A stretch of 60,554 bases of DNA, counting the filler. It is 5 parts of 5 records of this genome, joined end to end, with 100 filler letters (N's around TTAATTAATTAA, not from the genome) between each part and the next. Parts side by side here need not be neighbours in the genome. Positions count along the whole stretch, not along the records: positions 39,993 to 52,862 come from SRR31156797_45604; positions 52,963 to 60,554 come from SRR31156797_45609; 3 more parts are not named here. One strand, 5' to 3'. The notes below the pieces were generated by a model. It ran no database searches, was not told the origin of the DNA, and was given only the letters and a program-made list of their open reading frames with translations. The position numbers and the translations under genes were made by a program. Within the stretch, counting starts at the first letter, position 1; each line of letters starts with the position of its first letter. This document shows, one piece after another, positions 51,001 through 60,308 of the stretch.

Positions 51001-51127
51001 GCTTGCCCAGGATGGTCTTGTAGGCATTCTTTAATGATTTTTTTTCCTTTGGGGAAAGTTCAGCCCATCCGGGATCGCAAAAAAACAACGCACATAACGG
51101 TATCAGCACCCACCATAATTTTTTCAT
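48080..51127 (-). CDS. Signal-peptide-bearing PEP-synthase/PPDK-superfamily dikinase-like protein
   Basis: MKKLWWVLIPLCALFFCDPGWA|E; phospho-His swivel motif EGNVVSHVQLLARALGVPN; ATP-grasp motifs GPKAAFLGEL, VRSDTNVED...AGL, SEKSGV, DIEYG...FQTRP. Confidence 0.85.
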   Translation of the reverse strand: MKKLWWVLIPLCALFFCDPGWAELSPKEKKSLKNAYKTILGKRKGPFDMNTCTCTNGKLARVADKNMRVRPNPCRELQGVGQLFCSAYRNKFGKTLARNGVYVGNIFSNEVFLWDENPDHHRLVKGFILEKYYMETHPESKLTMARAYGGISGTEFEVKYAPIFFAKYYALADWKDFHNYLLQYELQRRFFCKCNLSLVNDIRNLSLVIYRNYKPFKPVKDLVHNRLSPGLVPLIQDFQKKHPRDRKNAKKYERLIKMIRSLTHVDQSQLKEYLPDISEPGIRNLVKNILNIPKNAPLRLLHNLADLVVASRETVAAKEIKPEEAVTLINLNVSANLLILMTTNRLMELDRDWTVRELIGILKDTLAGSYGAGLMSHREYETGILALNKLLNNKNLTLGIANRSLNRAGLAVEWAQASIRTAFSEVWEPWVYLIPEVQWINDDIIRSSPLMAYANIVKSLRGHLLSKLDLKHHILGKTYVEGVRALNPGLALGPLAFFHEDQRYTRDNILALETTNAELEPVSGIITKDEGNVVSHVQLLARALGVPNAVFLDALYRRLPPVKGKPLFYAVTPVGRIILKEADKMDRVDRLILSEYEKNIKRTADAEIKGQSSKLSIDAERLNLKETRVLGLDDLRRKDSGSVCGPKAAFLGELKYHFPKNVARGVVIPFGIYNAHFQKATVVLPKKLKGIAGEGEPLDKFVRRTYDTFFNRLLKDPDISSAELAQWIRPRLEVIRYSIGKIDLDPSFVKALGEEIAAQGIFAGPGRDRLRGVFVRSDTNVEDMPNFNGAGLNLTIFNLMTFQDVLKGVKRVWASPFTYRSFSWRQTVISDPNLVFPSIVVLESVPSEKSGVLITADVDTGDTAKMTIATAEGVGGTVDGSPAETLLYSPNETILLNQFKSPTRRMLILEGKGGSRMVPATGNERVLTDEELSALVMSAEKIKREFTPEKGADGDPLPWDIEYGFTGGKLYLFQTRPFVGNSDLRNLPALAALDEGVKEKEGEPFSLDAKVKWQQ

Positions 51128-51250
51128 TGATCACCCTTTTAAAAAAGATATACACTTTAATGAATCCGCCGATAAACGTGCGGATTATAGCATTGGCAAT
51201 ATTCCAATTGCAACCCCAACAAAGGCCCAAAAAAAATGACCTTCATCCCC

Positions 51251-52862
51251 ATGAAGAACCGGAAAACCGCCATAAGGATCGGGTTTCTACTGGCCATACT
51301 CCTCACTTTTTCATATGGGTACGGTGCCCCTCAAAAACATGAACCGTCAAAAACCTCACCGCTTCATCACCTCACAGTCCTGTATACCAACGACGTTCAC
51401 GGACATCCGGTCAAGTTTTCAAACCTCTCCGTGCCGGATGTGGGCGGCCTTCCCGCCCGGGCCACCCTCGTAAAGGAAATCAGAAGCGAAAACAAGAACG
51501 TGCTCCTTCTGGATGCGGGAGATCTTAACACCGGGCAAGCGGCATCCAATTTTTTCAAGGCAAAACCGGACATTCTCGGATATAACTTCATGGGATATGA
51601 CGCAATGGTTCTTGGAAACCACGAATTCGATAACCCCACCCATATCCTGAGGGAACAGATGGACCTGGCACGGTTTCCCTTCCTTTCCGCCAATGTGAAG
51701 ACCCGCAACGGTGATCATTTGGCGATCCCCTACATTATTAAACAATATAACGGCTTCAAGGTCGCCGTTTTCGGGCTCACCACAACCGAGGCGCAGATTA
51801 CCGCAAACCCGGACCATATCAAAGATCTTATTTTTGAAGATGAAATTGAAACGGCGAAAAAACTGGTGCCGTATCTCAGAAAACGGGCGGATGTGATCAT
51901 TGCCCTCACCCATCTGGGGATTTATGAAGGTTTGAATCGGGGCTCCAAACGGTTGGCCACCCGGGTCAGGGGAATCGATCTCATCGTCGACGGCAATACG
52001 GATACAAAACTGGAGATCCCCCTGATCATCAATTATCCCGGTTCCACCCACCGGACTTTGATCGTTCAGGCGTGGCACTGGGGGCTGGTTCTGGGAAGGA
52101 TCGATCTGTGGATCCGGGACAAAAGGATCGTTGATTTCCACATGGAATTGATCCCCATCAACCTGAAACGGATCGTCAGAAAACCCAACGGGGAAAAAAC
52201 CTTTCATATGGTGGGAAAACCCATAAAAGAAGATCCGGAACTCCTGGCATTGCTCCAACCTTACGCGGATAAAGTGGATCGATTCCTTTCCGAAACAATC
52301 GGATATTCCCAAGGGCCCTTTGGAAATGATGATGGAAGATACCGGGAGACGGCCCTGGGAGATCTGGTTTCCGACGCCATGCGTTGGTATTTAAGGCGTT
52401 TCAACCCTGATTTTGCCTTGACCAACAGCGGTGCCATCCGAGCCGGTCTTCCTGAAGGATCACTGGTCCGGGAATCCATCTACAACATCCTTCCATTTGA
52501 CAGTTCCCTGGTTTTTCTGAACTTGACGGGCGCCCAGGTTCAAGCCCTGTTTGACTACATGGGAACGGTTCAGCCGGGCGAAGGCGCCTTTCCACAGGTC
52601 TCGGACGGCATCCGTTTTACAATGGATCCAAAAAAGAAAATCTGCAAGGATATTCTCATCAACGGCAACCCCATTGATCATAAAAAAACATACGGAATTG
52701 TAACCAATTCCTACCTGGCAAAGGGAGGAGACGGTTATGTCGTATTTCTTCAAGCCGTCGACCCATTTGATTCATCCATTTTCCAAAGAGACGCCCTGAT
52801 CGCCTATATCAAACATTTGGGAGGGAATCTTGTACCGAAAATCAACAATAGGATTACGATCA
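51251..52862 (+). CDS. Exported bifunctional metallophosphatase/5'-nucleotidase (UshA family), stop beyond contig edge
   Basis: TNDVHG, DAGD, GNHEFD, LSANV, THLG; C-terminal NSGAIR, LPF, FPQVS, YLAKGGDGY. Confidence 0.9.
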
Positions 52863-52962
52863 NNNNNNNNNNNNNNNNNNNNNNNNNNNNNNNNNNNNNN
52901 NNNNNNTTAATTAATTAANNNNNNNNNNNNNNNNNNNNNNNNNNNNNNNNNNNNNNNNNNNN
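52863..52962. other. Artificial contig spacer
   Basis: N-run + TTAATTAATTAA + N-run. Confidence 0.98.
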
Positions 52963-54471
52963 TATTCCGATTTACCGGACAACAATGATTTTCTTATAGC
53001 TCTTGTAGCTGCACTGTTTTTTGCATCATGCTCTGATGAAGAGACAGAAGAAACAACTGCTGATATTGATAAAACAGTAGAAGAAGCTTTAGAGGCAGAA
53101 TATTCTACAGAGGATCCTGCAACATCTAAAGATAATATCGAAGAGTCTGCGATTGCATTAGTTGGCAATCTTGAAGCATTAGAGAAGGAAGAGGCTATTG
53201 ACGTAATGATCGGAATGGTTGACTTTATGAGTTTCTTCGGAGAGGATTCATATGAGCCTATTGCTGCAATCAATGTACCTCTTAAATCGGCACTTGCTAT
53301 CTCTAATGGCAACACTGTTGAGGTTTACAATGTGCTTAAATCTGCTACTGAGGATGAAGGAGGTTTACTAGCAATGTATGATGCCTTTAAAGGTACTTAC
53401 GATTACAACTCCACAACCGAGGAATTTGATGTCACTGAAAATATTGATGCTATTGTATTCAAATTCCCAGGTAAAGAAGGAGATGAAACTAATACTGCTG
53501 AGCTTAAGGTAAGCGGATTTCAAGTTCAGACTATTTCCAATCCTCGCGATGAATTTGAAATGATTGGTTCTGCTGAAGCTCCAACCGCATTAAAAGTGAC
53601 ATTAAAGTATAGCGGTAAAGAAATCATGACCTATACATTATCTGCTAGCTATATGAATGATGGTACCCCAACTTCTTTATCAAATATTTTAACTATTGGT
53701 AGTTTTGTTTTCTCACAACAATTAACTCACTCCAATTATTCTGAGGCTAGTTTTGATTACTCATTTAAAAATGGAGATAATGTAATAATTGCATTTGGTG
53801 CAGAAGCAAAAGGAAACTGGAGTGAAGAAAACATTGACGCCAACACCTACGAAGAAAGCGAAACTTATAATTGGTGGGACTGGGAATACAACGAATCAAC
53901 TGGTCAGTACGAAGAGGTAGAAAGAACAGAGACTGAAACCTGGACAGAAACTGATTTTGAGGAAGTAATTACCAATTCAAATGCCTATGTTCAATTTATG
54001 AACCTAAAAGCTGTTGGTAAAGTAAACATTAAGGCAATGGTTGATGGCGAGCAAGCTTTTGATGTAGCGCACGAAAACGACAGAGATGAGTATGGAGATT
54101 ACCCGGACAACATTAAAGAAGCTGAAACTGATAATTTAGTTACCTTGGCTGAACAACATGTAAATCTGGTATTAACCTACGTTGATAAAAATGTTTTAAT
54201 TGCTGCAATTGAACCTTATAAAGTTCATGAAACGGATTCATATACAGACTGGAATGGCGATACTTATACATATAATGATTACTATCTGGATTTCAGAATG
54301 ATTTTTAATGATGGTACTCCTGTTTCAATGGAAACATTTGTTGGAGATGAGCTTTCTGGTTTCTTTGATGCACTAAACGATTTTATTGGTACATTAAATA
54401 CCACATACAATATGAATATGGATGAAGTTAATCCTGTGGATGACAATGACCAAAGTCCATCTGAAGTGTAG
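52963..54471 (+). CDS. Acidic Bacteroidota-type lipoprotein, N-terminus incomplete
   Basis: Frame is open 81 codons upstream of the track's start and contains FLIALVAALFFAS|C-SDEETEE (lipobox + acidic export-signal-like stretch). Confidence 0.75.
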   Translation, partial: YSDLPDNNDFLIALVAALFFASCSDEETEETTADIDKTVEEALEAEYSTEDPATSKDNIEESAIALVGNLEALEKEEAIDVMIGMVDFMSFFGEDSYEPIAAINVPLKSALAISNGNTVEVYNVLKSATEDEGGLLAMYDAFKGTYDYNSTTEEFDVTENIDAIVFKFPGKEGDETNTAELKVSGFQVQTISNPRDEFEMIGSAEAPTALKVTLKYSGKEIMTYTLSASYMNDGTPTSLSNILTIGSFVFSQQLTHSNYSEASFDYSFKNGDNVIIAFGAEAKGNWSEENIDANTYEESETYNWWDWEYNESTGQYEEVERTETETWTETDFEEVITNSNAYVQFMNLKAVGKVNIKAMVDGEQAFDVAHENDRDEYGDYPDNIKEAETDNLVTLAEQHVNLVLTYVDKNVLIAAIEPYKVHETDSYTDWNGDTYTYNDYYLDFRMIFNDGTPVSMETFVGDELSGFFDALNDFIGTLNTTYNMNMDEVNPVDDNDQSPSEV

Positions 54472-54502
54472 TATTCTTTAAACAACTTACAAAATAAATT
54501 AC

Positions 54503-54534
54503 AAAGTGAGCTTCGTTTGAGGCTCACTTTTTTT
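54503..54534. terminator. Intrinsic terminator between convergent genes
   Basis: AAAGTGAGCTTC-gttt-GAGGCTCACTTTTTTT. Confidence 0.85.
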
Positions 54535-55684
54535 ATACTATACTCAGTAGTTCGCAAATCAAAAACCCTAAATAATTACCAATAGCATAACCTATTACAC
54601 CTATTGTAATTCCTGGGATGATAATTTCTTTGTTTTTTAATGTTCCGGCCAGAACCGGAACAAATGGAGGACTGCAGATTAGTGCAGTTGAAGTGATAAT
54701 AACAGTATCGGCATCTACTTTAAAAATACGAGCAAATAAAGTATGGACAAATAATGATAAAAACAGTACAAATGTCACAAATAAAAACAAGCTGATATCC
54801 ACATTCAATAGTTGCTGAAAACTTAGTTTTGATGCCACAACAACACTAAATATCAGTATAAAATACATTCCTAAATCAAAAGATTTGGGTATGGTTTTTA
54901 TTTTATTATTAAAAGAAGCCAATATTGAAAATGTAGTAATGGATAATATAAAAACTGCCATTTTAGATTTTTCAGCTACCAGAAACATAACACCTATTCC
55001 TAACGCTACAATAAGAATAGCCAAGCCTAATGCTTTAATCAAGTGGGTTCTATTTTCCTTCTTCAATAATCCCCAATACAACTCCTCCTGATTATTAGCT
55101 TCTATTTGTTGGGAAGTCTTGTTATTTCTCTTAAACTTTGGTAAAATCCATTCAAATACCTTTTTACCAAACGACAATAAAAAAAACAAATACACTGTTG
55201 ATAACAGCATGTCGTAGGTATGCACTTTTATATAGGTGAGTTCATCTACATCCAATATCATTTTTAAAGCAGCCATATTTGGCGTACCTCCGGTATACAC
55301 ACCCACAAGCATTCCTGCTACCTTTTTTAAAGGATAGTGTGCACTACCTTCAAAAATAAAATAGCCAATAATTACAACAGATATAACTCCAATTAAAGCC
55401 GAAAGCAACGAAATAAAAGCTCCTCTAGCTAGAAAAATAGTCTTTTTTAAGTCTGAAGAAAAGAGTAGCAATGGTATACCAAGTGGAATACAAAGCGACA
55501 TTAATATTTCTTGTATTTCTTCGATGCTATTGTTAGCCAATACCCCAGATGCAGAGAGAAGAATTCCTGTTATATATGCCAGTAAAATGGCGCCTATTTT
55601 GTTAAAAAATTGATACCGGTAACATAAATATAAAATCCCGAGTGGAGAAAAAATATAAAATAAAATCAAAAGTGCGTTTAGCAT
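54533..55684 (-). CDS. DUF819 family membrane protein
   Basis: IPLLLF, GVYTGGTPNM, ALICSPPFVP, GYAIGNYLG. Confidence 0.82.
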   Translation of the reverse strand: MLNALLILFYIFSPLGILYLCYRYQFFNKIGAILLAYITGILLSASGVLANNSIEEIQEILMSLCIPLGIPLLLFSSDLKKTIFLARGAFISLLSALIGVISVVIIGYFIFEGSAHYPLKKVAGMLVGVYTGGTPNMAALKMILDVDELTYIKVHTYDMLLSTVYLFFLLSFGKKVFEWILPKFKRNNKTSQQIEANNQEELYWGLLKKENRTHLIKALGLAILIVALGIGVMFLVAEKSKMAVFILSITTFSILASFNNKIKTIPKSFDLGMYFILIFSVVVASKLSFQQLLNVDISLFLFVTFVLFLSLFVHTLFARIFKVDADTVIITSTALICSPPFVPVLAGTLKNKEIIIPGITIGVIGYAIGNYLGFLICELLSIV

Positions 55685-55693
55685 ATGGTTGCT

Positions 55694-57073
55694 CTAATTT
55701 TGAAGCACAAATTTAGTTATAAAATCATTCATTTCATCACGCACTATTTTTGTACTCACTATGTAATGATTAGCAATCATACAAAAGGCATACGAATTCC
55801 CTTTTGAAGTTGTTAGATAACCACAATAACCCAGAACACTATCCATTGATCCACTTTTTCCGTAAATCTTGCCTTTCAATTGAGGATGTTTAAAAACACT
55901 TCGCAAGGTTCCGCTTTTTCCACCTTCGGCCAGCGAATTCTTGAAAAAGGAAAAGTACGGACTATTTTGTTCCATCCAGTTTAAAAGCTGAACCATCCCC
56001 TTGGGACTGACCAAGTTTTTGGGTGATAAACCACTACCATCTTTCAATTTAAAATGAGATTGGTAATCAATTCGATCTTTCCAATACTCTTCAAAAACAC
56101 AGCGCCCTAAATCCCAATCAGCCTTGCCTTTCATTGTCTTTGCCAAGGTAAGCCAAAGTTGATCTGCAAAAAGATTATTGCTTTTATGATTGATTACTTT
56201 TATGATTTCAGCTAGACTAGGTGAGTAATGATTATGGATAAGATGAACTTCTGATTCTCGTTCAATATCCTGGTTATGTACTTCAATTCCCTCCTCTTCT
56301 AATTTCTTAGTCAGATGTTTTACAAACACCAATTGAGGATTTGGCATTGCCGCTTTAATTTTAAAAGTATTTCTATTTTCAGGAATAGAACCTTCTATCC
56401 ACCATTCCTGAACACTTCCAACTCCATAAACGTAAGCACTATCTTTTTTGTGATTTGCTGCCAACACTCTGCAATCTAGCTGAAAAGGGTCAAATTCAGG
56501 ATAAGTAGACGCCACCTTACACTTAGTACCTGCCTGTCCGGACTTAAGGTAAACGTTAATTGTATTATCCATATAATTAAAACCGTGTGGAGAAGCACCA
56601 TAATAATTTCCCATATCTTCCCATAAACGAGGTGCAGCATACGAAACGGTATCGGCATTAACTATTATTTTCCCTAGTATACGCTTTATTGCTTTAGATT
56701 GAATTGCTTCTGTAATTTTATTTAATAATAGTTCTGGTTTGGTACCAGAACAAAAAGAAGATCCCAATGTTGGATCTCCATCTGAATTAATTATTAAATT
56801 TCCTGTAAGTTCTCCATCCTGAATCGTTCCACTATAAGAAATGCTGGTTTTATAAGTGAAATCTGGACCTAACAACTGAAGTGCTGTTGCCGTAGTTACT
56901 ATTTTTGTTAACGATGCCGGAGTTAACCTTAATTGATTATTGTATTGTTCCTGATTTCCAATTTTGTTTGGACTAAATTCATAAGCAAAGTACGCTCCGG
57001 AGTCTTTTAGCTTAATTTGACTATTAAGTCCTGAATAAAAGACAATCAAAATCAGTAATATAAAATTTCTCAT
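55694..57073 (-). CDS. dacB: D-Ala-D-Ala carboxypeptidase/endopeptidase PBP4 (peptidase S13)
   Basis: PASLTK (SxxK), GDPTLG, SNN (SxN), DGSGLS, KSG. Confidence 0.93.
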   Translation of the reverse strand: MRNFILLILIVFYSGLNSQIKLKDSGAYFAYEFSPNKIGNQEQYNNQLRLTPASLTKIVTTATALQLLGPDFTYKTSISYSGTIQDGELTGNLIINSDGDPTLGSSFCSGTKPELLLNKITEAIQSKAIKRILGKIIVNADTVSYAAPRLWEDMGNYYGASPHGFNYMDNTINVYLKSGQAGTKCKVASTYPEFDPFQLDCRVLAANHKKDSAYVYGVGSVQEWWIEGSIPENRNTFKIKAAMPNPQLVFVKHLTKKLEEEGIEVHNQDIERESEVHLIHNHYSPSLAEIIKVINHKSNNLFADQLWLTLAKTMKGKADWDLGRCVFEEYWKDRIDYQSHFKLKDGSGLSPKNLVSPKGMVQLLNWMEQNSPYFSFFKNSLAEGGKSGTLRSVFKHPQLKGKIYGKSGSMDSVLGYCGYLTTSKGNSYAFCMIANHYIVSTKIVRDEMNDFITKFVLQN

Positions 57074-57099
57074 CTCACTTTTTGAATTAGAAAGTAGTA

Positions 57100-58140
57100 T
57101 TACTCAATTATGCCTACTTGCTCTTTTAATGCTTTCATTTGCTTTAAACGTTCCCCAATCATTTTCATATAACTAAGCAACCTAGCCTTATCCATAGCAT
57201 ACCAGTCTTCATTAACTTCTTCAAATTCTTTAATTCCTTCACCTAACCAATACAAAGAAGACTTATAATCACCATATATTTCTGCCGCCAACGCCAAATT
57301 ATAACAAGCTCTTACCTTTGTCATTTTTTTAGAATTGTCATAAATATATTTCCACATTTTTATGGCCTCTCCCCACTTCTCCTGCCTAACAAATTCGCCT
57401 GCTTGTGTAAACTGGTATTTTCCTGAAGTATAAAAGCCTCTTTTCTGTGTTTCCCATCTTGGTGCCATCAGGTTTGTTGCTTCTGCACCCATATAAGCAC
57501 ACAAATCTTTAATTGATTCCTTTATCCCGGGCAATTTCTGACCAATTCCTCTAATCGATTCATCTATGGCATCCCAAGAAATAGTATCAATATGTGCATC
57601 CTGTAAAACAACCTCTTTTTTATAATTATCGTAAACTCGCCATAAAATAATACTGGAAGCATTAAGATATCCATAAAGTAATCCAATATCGTAATGTGAA
57701 ACATCAATATCAGTATGATAAGCGTATTGTTCTAAGGAAACAACTGCATCTGCATTATATTTTTTGCATATGGTATCCACCTGAGGCCAACTCAAAGCCC
57801 TGTTCTTTAAATTTCGTTCTGTTTTTAAAGGCTCCTGATGCCAGTATACAGTATCAAAAAACTGACGATAAGTTAATTCTTCATTTAGCACACTTAAGGT
57901 TGTTTTAGAAAATTCGTCATACCAAATGGAATCAACAGAAAACTTTTCGGTGAGTGTCCTTACTTTATGAACATCTTTACCTCGATATGGAACTGAATTA
58001 TCAACAATTACAACAGACTTTATCTCTGGTTGAATAGAATGTTTGGCAGGAATCAGTACATCAATATTCATTGATTTATATGTCGTACATGCCGAAAACA
58101 ATACAAAACCAATAATGAAAACAATAAAACGGTTCAACAT
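57100..58140 (-). CDS. Lipoprotein with C-terminal TPR-like helices (DUF6340-like)
   Basis: Lipobox FSA|C, WRVYD, PRWET..R, ACYNLALAAE. Confidence 0.7.
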   Translation of the reverse strand: MLNRFIVFIIGFVLFSACTTYKSMNIDVLIPAKHSIQPEIKSVVIVDNSVPYRGKDVHKVRTLTEKFSVDSIWYDEFSKTTLSVLNEELTYRQFFDTVYWHQEPLKTERNLKNRALSWPQVDTICKKYNADAVVSLEQYAYHTDIDVSHYDIGLLYGYLNASSIILWRVYDNYKKEVVLQDAHIDTISWDAIDESIRGIGQKLPGIKESIKDLCAYMGAEATNLMAPRWETQKRGFYTSGKYQFTQAGEFVRQEKWGEAIKMWKYIYDNSKKMTKVRACYNLALAAEIYGDYKSSLYWLGEGIKEFEEVNEDWYAMDKARLLSYMKMIGERLKQMKALKEQVGIIE

Positions 58141-58280
58141 AGTAAATTAATAAGGGTAAACGCATTTACCTTTGTAACAAAAAAAATGCCCAAAATTGTT
58201 TTAAATGGATTTGAGCATTTTTTAAACCATATTTTAAATAATTGACTGATAGAAGAAAGCTCTTCTAGTCAATCAACAAA

Positions 58281-59444
58281 TTATTTACTTAATTCAAGAA
58301 TTTGCGTAACGGCAGCATCATTTAATCTTCTGAAATATCCTATAGGTCCAAACAAGCAGGCTTTTTTACCCATTTCCTCAAAATGCTCATTAGTGATATT
58401 CACTTCGCTTAATGTTGCCGGCATATCCAAACTATTAAAGAAATTACGGATGGCTTTTATTGTTTCTTTAGCCGCTTCTACCTCATCATCAATTTTAACA
58501 TCAAACACGTTACGTCCAAGTCGGGCAAATTTAAAAGCATTTCGTTCATTTAAAACAAAATTCATCCAATTGGGAAATAAAATAGCCAAACCTACTCCAT
58601 GCGTTAAGTCGTTATAAGCACTTAACTCATGTTCAATACCATGAGTAGCCCAATCTCCCATCATTTTACCTGTAGCAGTAAGTCCGTTTAATGCCAAACT
58701 TGAAGCCCACATTAAGTTAGCTCTTGCTTCATAATTTTCAGGTTCTTTTATGGCAATTGGACCATATTTTATACAAGTTTTTAAAATGGCTTCGGCAATA
58801 CTATCTTGTATCTCAGTACCCATATCTGGTGTAAAATATTGCTCAAAAATATGACTCATAATATCTACTGTACCTGCTGCTGTTTGCAATTTATTAACAG
58901 TAAACGTAAGCTTTGGATCAAGAACAGAAAATTTAGGTCGTAAAATATCTCCTCCCATAGCCAACTTCTGTTTTGTCTCCTCATTGCTTATTACAGCATT
59001 TCCATTCATTTCAGATCCGGTAGCTGCAAGGGTTAATATAGCACCTGTTGGTAAAGCACTTTCTAATTTTGCTTTTCGGGTGCAAAAATCCCAAACATCA
59101 CCTTCGTATTTAACTCCTGCTGCAATTGCTTTAGTTGCATCGATTATACTTCCTCCTCCTAGCGCTAAAATAAAATCAATTTTTTGATCTCTGCAGATTG
59201 CAATACCTTCTTTAACGCTTGACAACCTTGGATTAGGCTGTATACCACTTAGCTCTGCTATATAAATATCCTTTTCCTCAAGCTTGGCTTTTACCTTATC
59301 CAATACTCCGTTTTTTACGACAGATCCTTTTCCGTAAGTAATTAAAACCCGGTTTCCATATGCCAATATTTCATCCGCTAATTCGTTAATTTTATTTTTA
59401 CCAAATAATATTTTAGTCCCGGCCTGAAAATTAAAGTTCTTCAT
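58281..59444 (-). CDS. Iron-containing alcohol dehydrogenase (BdhA/YqhD-like)
   Basis: LGGGSIIDATK, TLAATGSEMN, DIMSHIFEQYF, HGIEHELS, HGVGLA. Confidence 0.93.
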   Translation of the reverse strand: MKNFNFQAGTKILFGKNKINELADEILAYGNRVLITYGKGSVVKNGVLDKVKAKLEEKDIYIAELSGIQPNPRLSSVKEGIAICRDQKIDFILALGGGSIIDATKAIAAGVKYEGDVWDFCTRKAKLESALPTGAILTLAATGSEMNGNAVISNEETKQKLAMGGDILRPKFSVLDPKLTFTVNKLQTAAGTVDIMSHIFEQYFTPDMGTEIQDSIAEAILKTCIKYGPIAIKEPENYEARANLMWASSLALNGLTATGKMMGDWATHGIEHELSAYNDLTHGVGLAILFPNWMNFVLNERNAFKFARLGRNVFDVKIDDEVEAAKETIKAIRNFFNSLDMPATLSEVNITNEHFEEMGKKACLFGPIGYFRRLNDAAVTQILELSK

Positions 59445-59655
59445 TTCTTATGTTTTTATATTGAAACCAATATTGAGAATTCCTGAAATTCTCTGCTTCA
59501 AATTATATACAGTTTAGATTATAATACTTCAAAAAAATATTTCTCTAAAATAAGGATACTACATGGGATATTAAAATCTTTAAAACCGAAATAGGATAAA
59601 ACGTAAAAAAGACCATATGAAATACATATAGCCTTTATCTGAAGTGTAAAAAATC

Positions 59656-60102
59656 TTATTTAAATAGATACATCATTCTTCTTTGTGTATCAGGAATGCC
59701 AATAATATTATTCAAAAAGTCCTCTTTAAACGATAGTGTTCCTTTTTGAATATATCCTTGTCCATAAGGCATTTTACATCCCCACGAACCTGACATTACA
59801 CTTTTTCCGAAGTTGGTAACTTTGGCTATGGTATGTGTACCCACCGTAATAATACATGTTTTATACCCCGCAGCTTCTGTAATAGACTGTGCCATATTTT
59901 CCTTTGTAATAACAATGGACTTTTCTGCCTGACTATAAGCCACTTTGTTAAAACTGGCAATTGGAGAATGTTCATTTAATTCTCCTTCCTCGAAACTCAC
60001 CACTCCTGCCGTAAACTCCTTTATAACAACATCTTTTGATTGTTGCGCCATTCCTGAAACAGCTATTAAACTGATCCATAAAAATGTAAAGATTGATCTC
60101 AT
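59656..60102 (-). CDS. Hypothetical exported protein
   Basis: Signal peptide ending GMA|Q; no recognised domain. Confidence 0.7.
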   Translation of the reverse strand: MRSIFTFLWISLIAVSGMAQQSKDVVIKEFTAGVVSFEEGELNEHSPIASFNKVAYSQAEKSIVITKENMAQSITEAAGYKTCIITVGTHTIAKVTNFGKSVMSGSWGCKMPYGQGYIQKGTLSFKEDFLNNIIGIPDTQRRMMYLFK

Positions 60103-60221
60103 AACTTTTGTTATTTTATACGTTTATGACCCTAACGAATTTTCCAAATTGAAGTTACGTTTTTTTCTTTGAATGACAATATACGATCCTATTCTACCAG
60201 AGAATTCGCTTTTAAGAAATA

Positions 60222-60308
60222 ATTGCCCTCGTCTACCTCTAAATATCCTTGTAGGAGTCCTGGTACACTGCTACTTAATAGCAAAACCAAAGAGTGTGTG
60301 AGAGCAAT
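60222..60308 (-). ncRNA. Candidate structured RNA (unassigned)
   Basis: On the minus strand, a 9-bp closing stem ATTGCTCTC/GAGGGCAAT encloses TTTGGT/ACCAGG, TTGCTA/TAGCAG and TCCT/AGGA stems. Confidence 0.4.

Noticed and set aside
48080-51127. Annotation as ordinary PEP synthase (ppsA) or PPDK
   Set aside because: It has a signal peptide, reversed domain order and no C-terminal PEP-binding barrel.
16315-52962. Four identical TTAATTAATTAA motifs and apparent bacteria-archaea gene juxtapositions
   Set aside because: These are artificial 100-nt contig spacers. Adjacency across them is not biological, so it is not evidence of HGT or of cross-contig operons.
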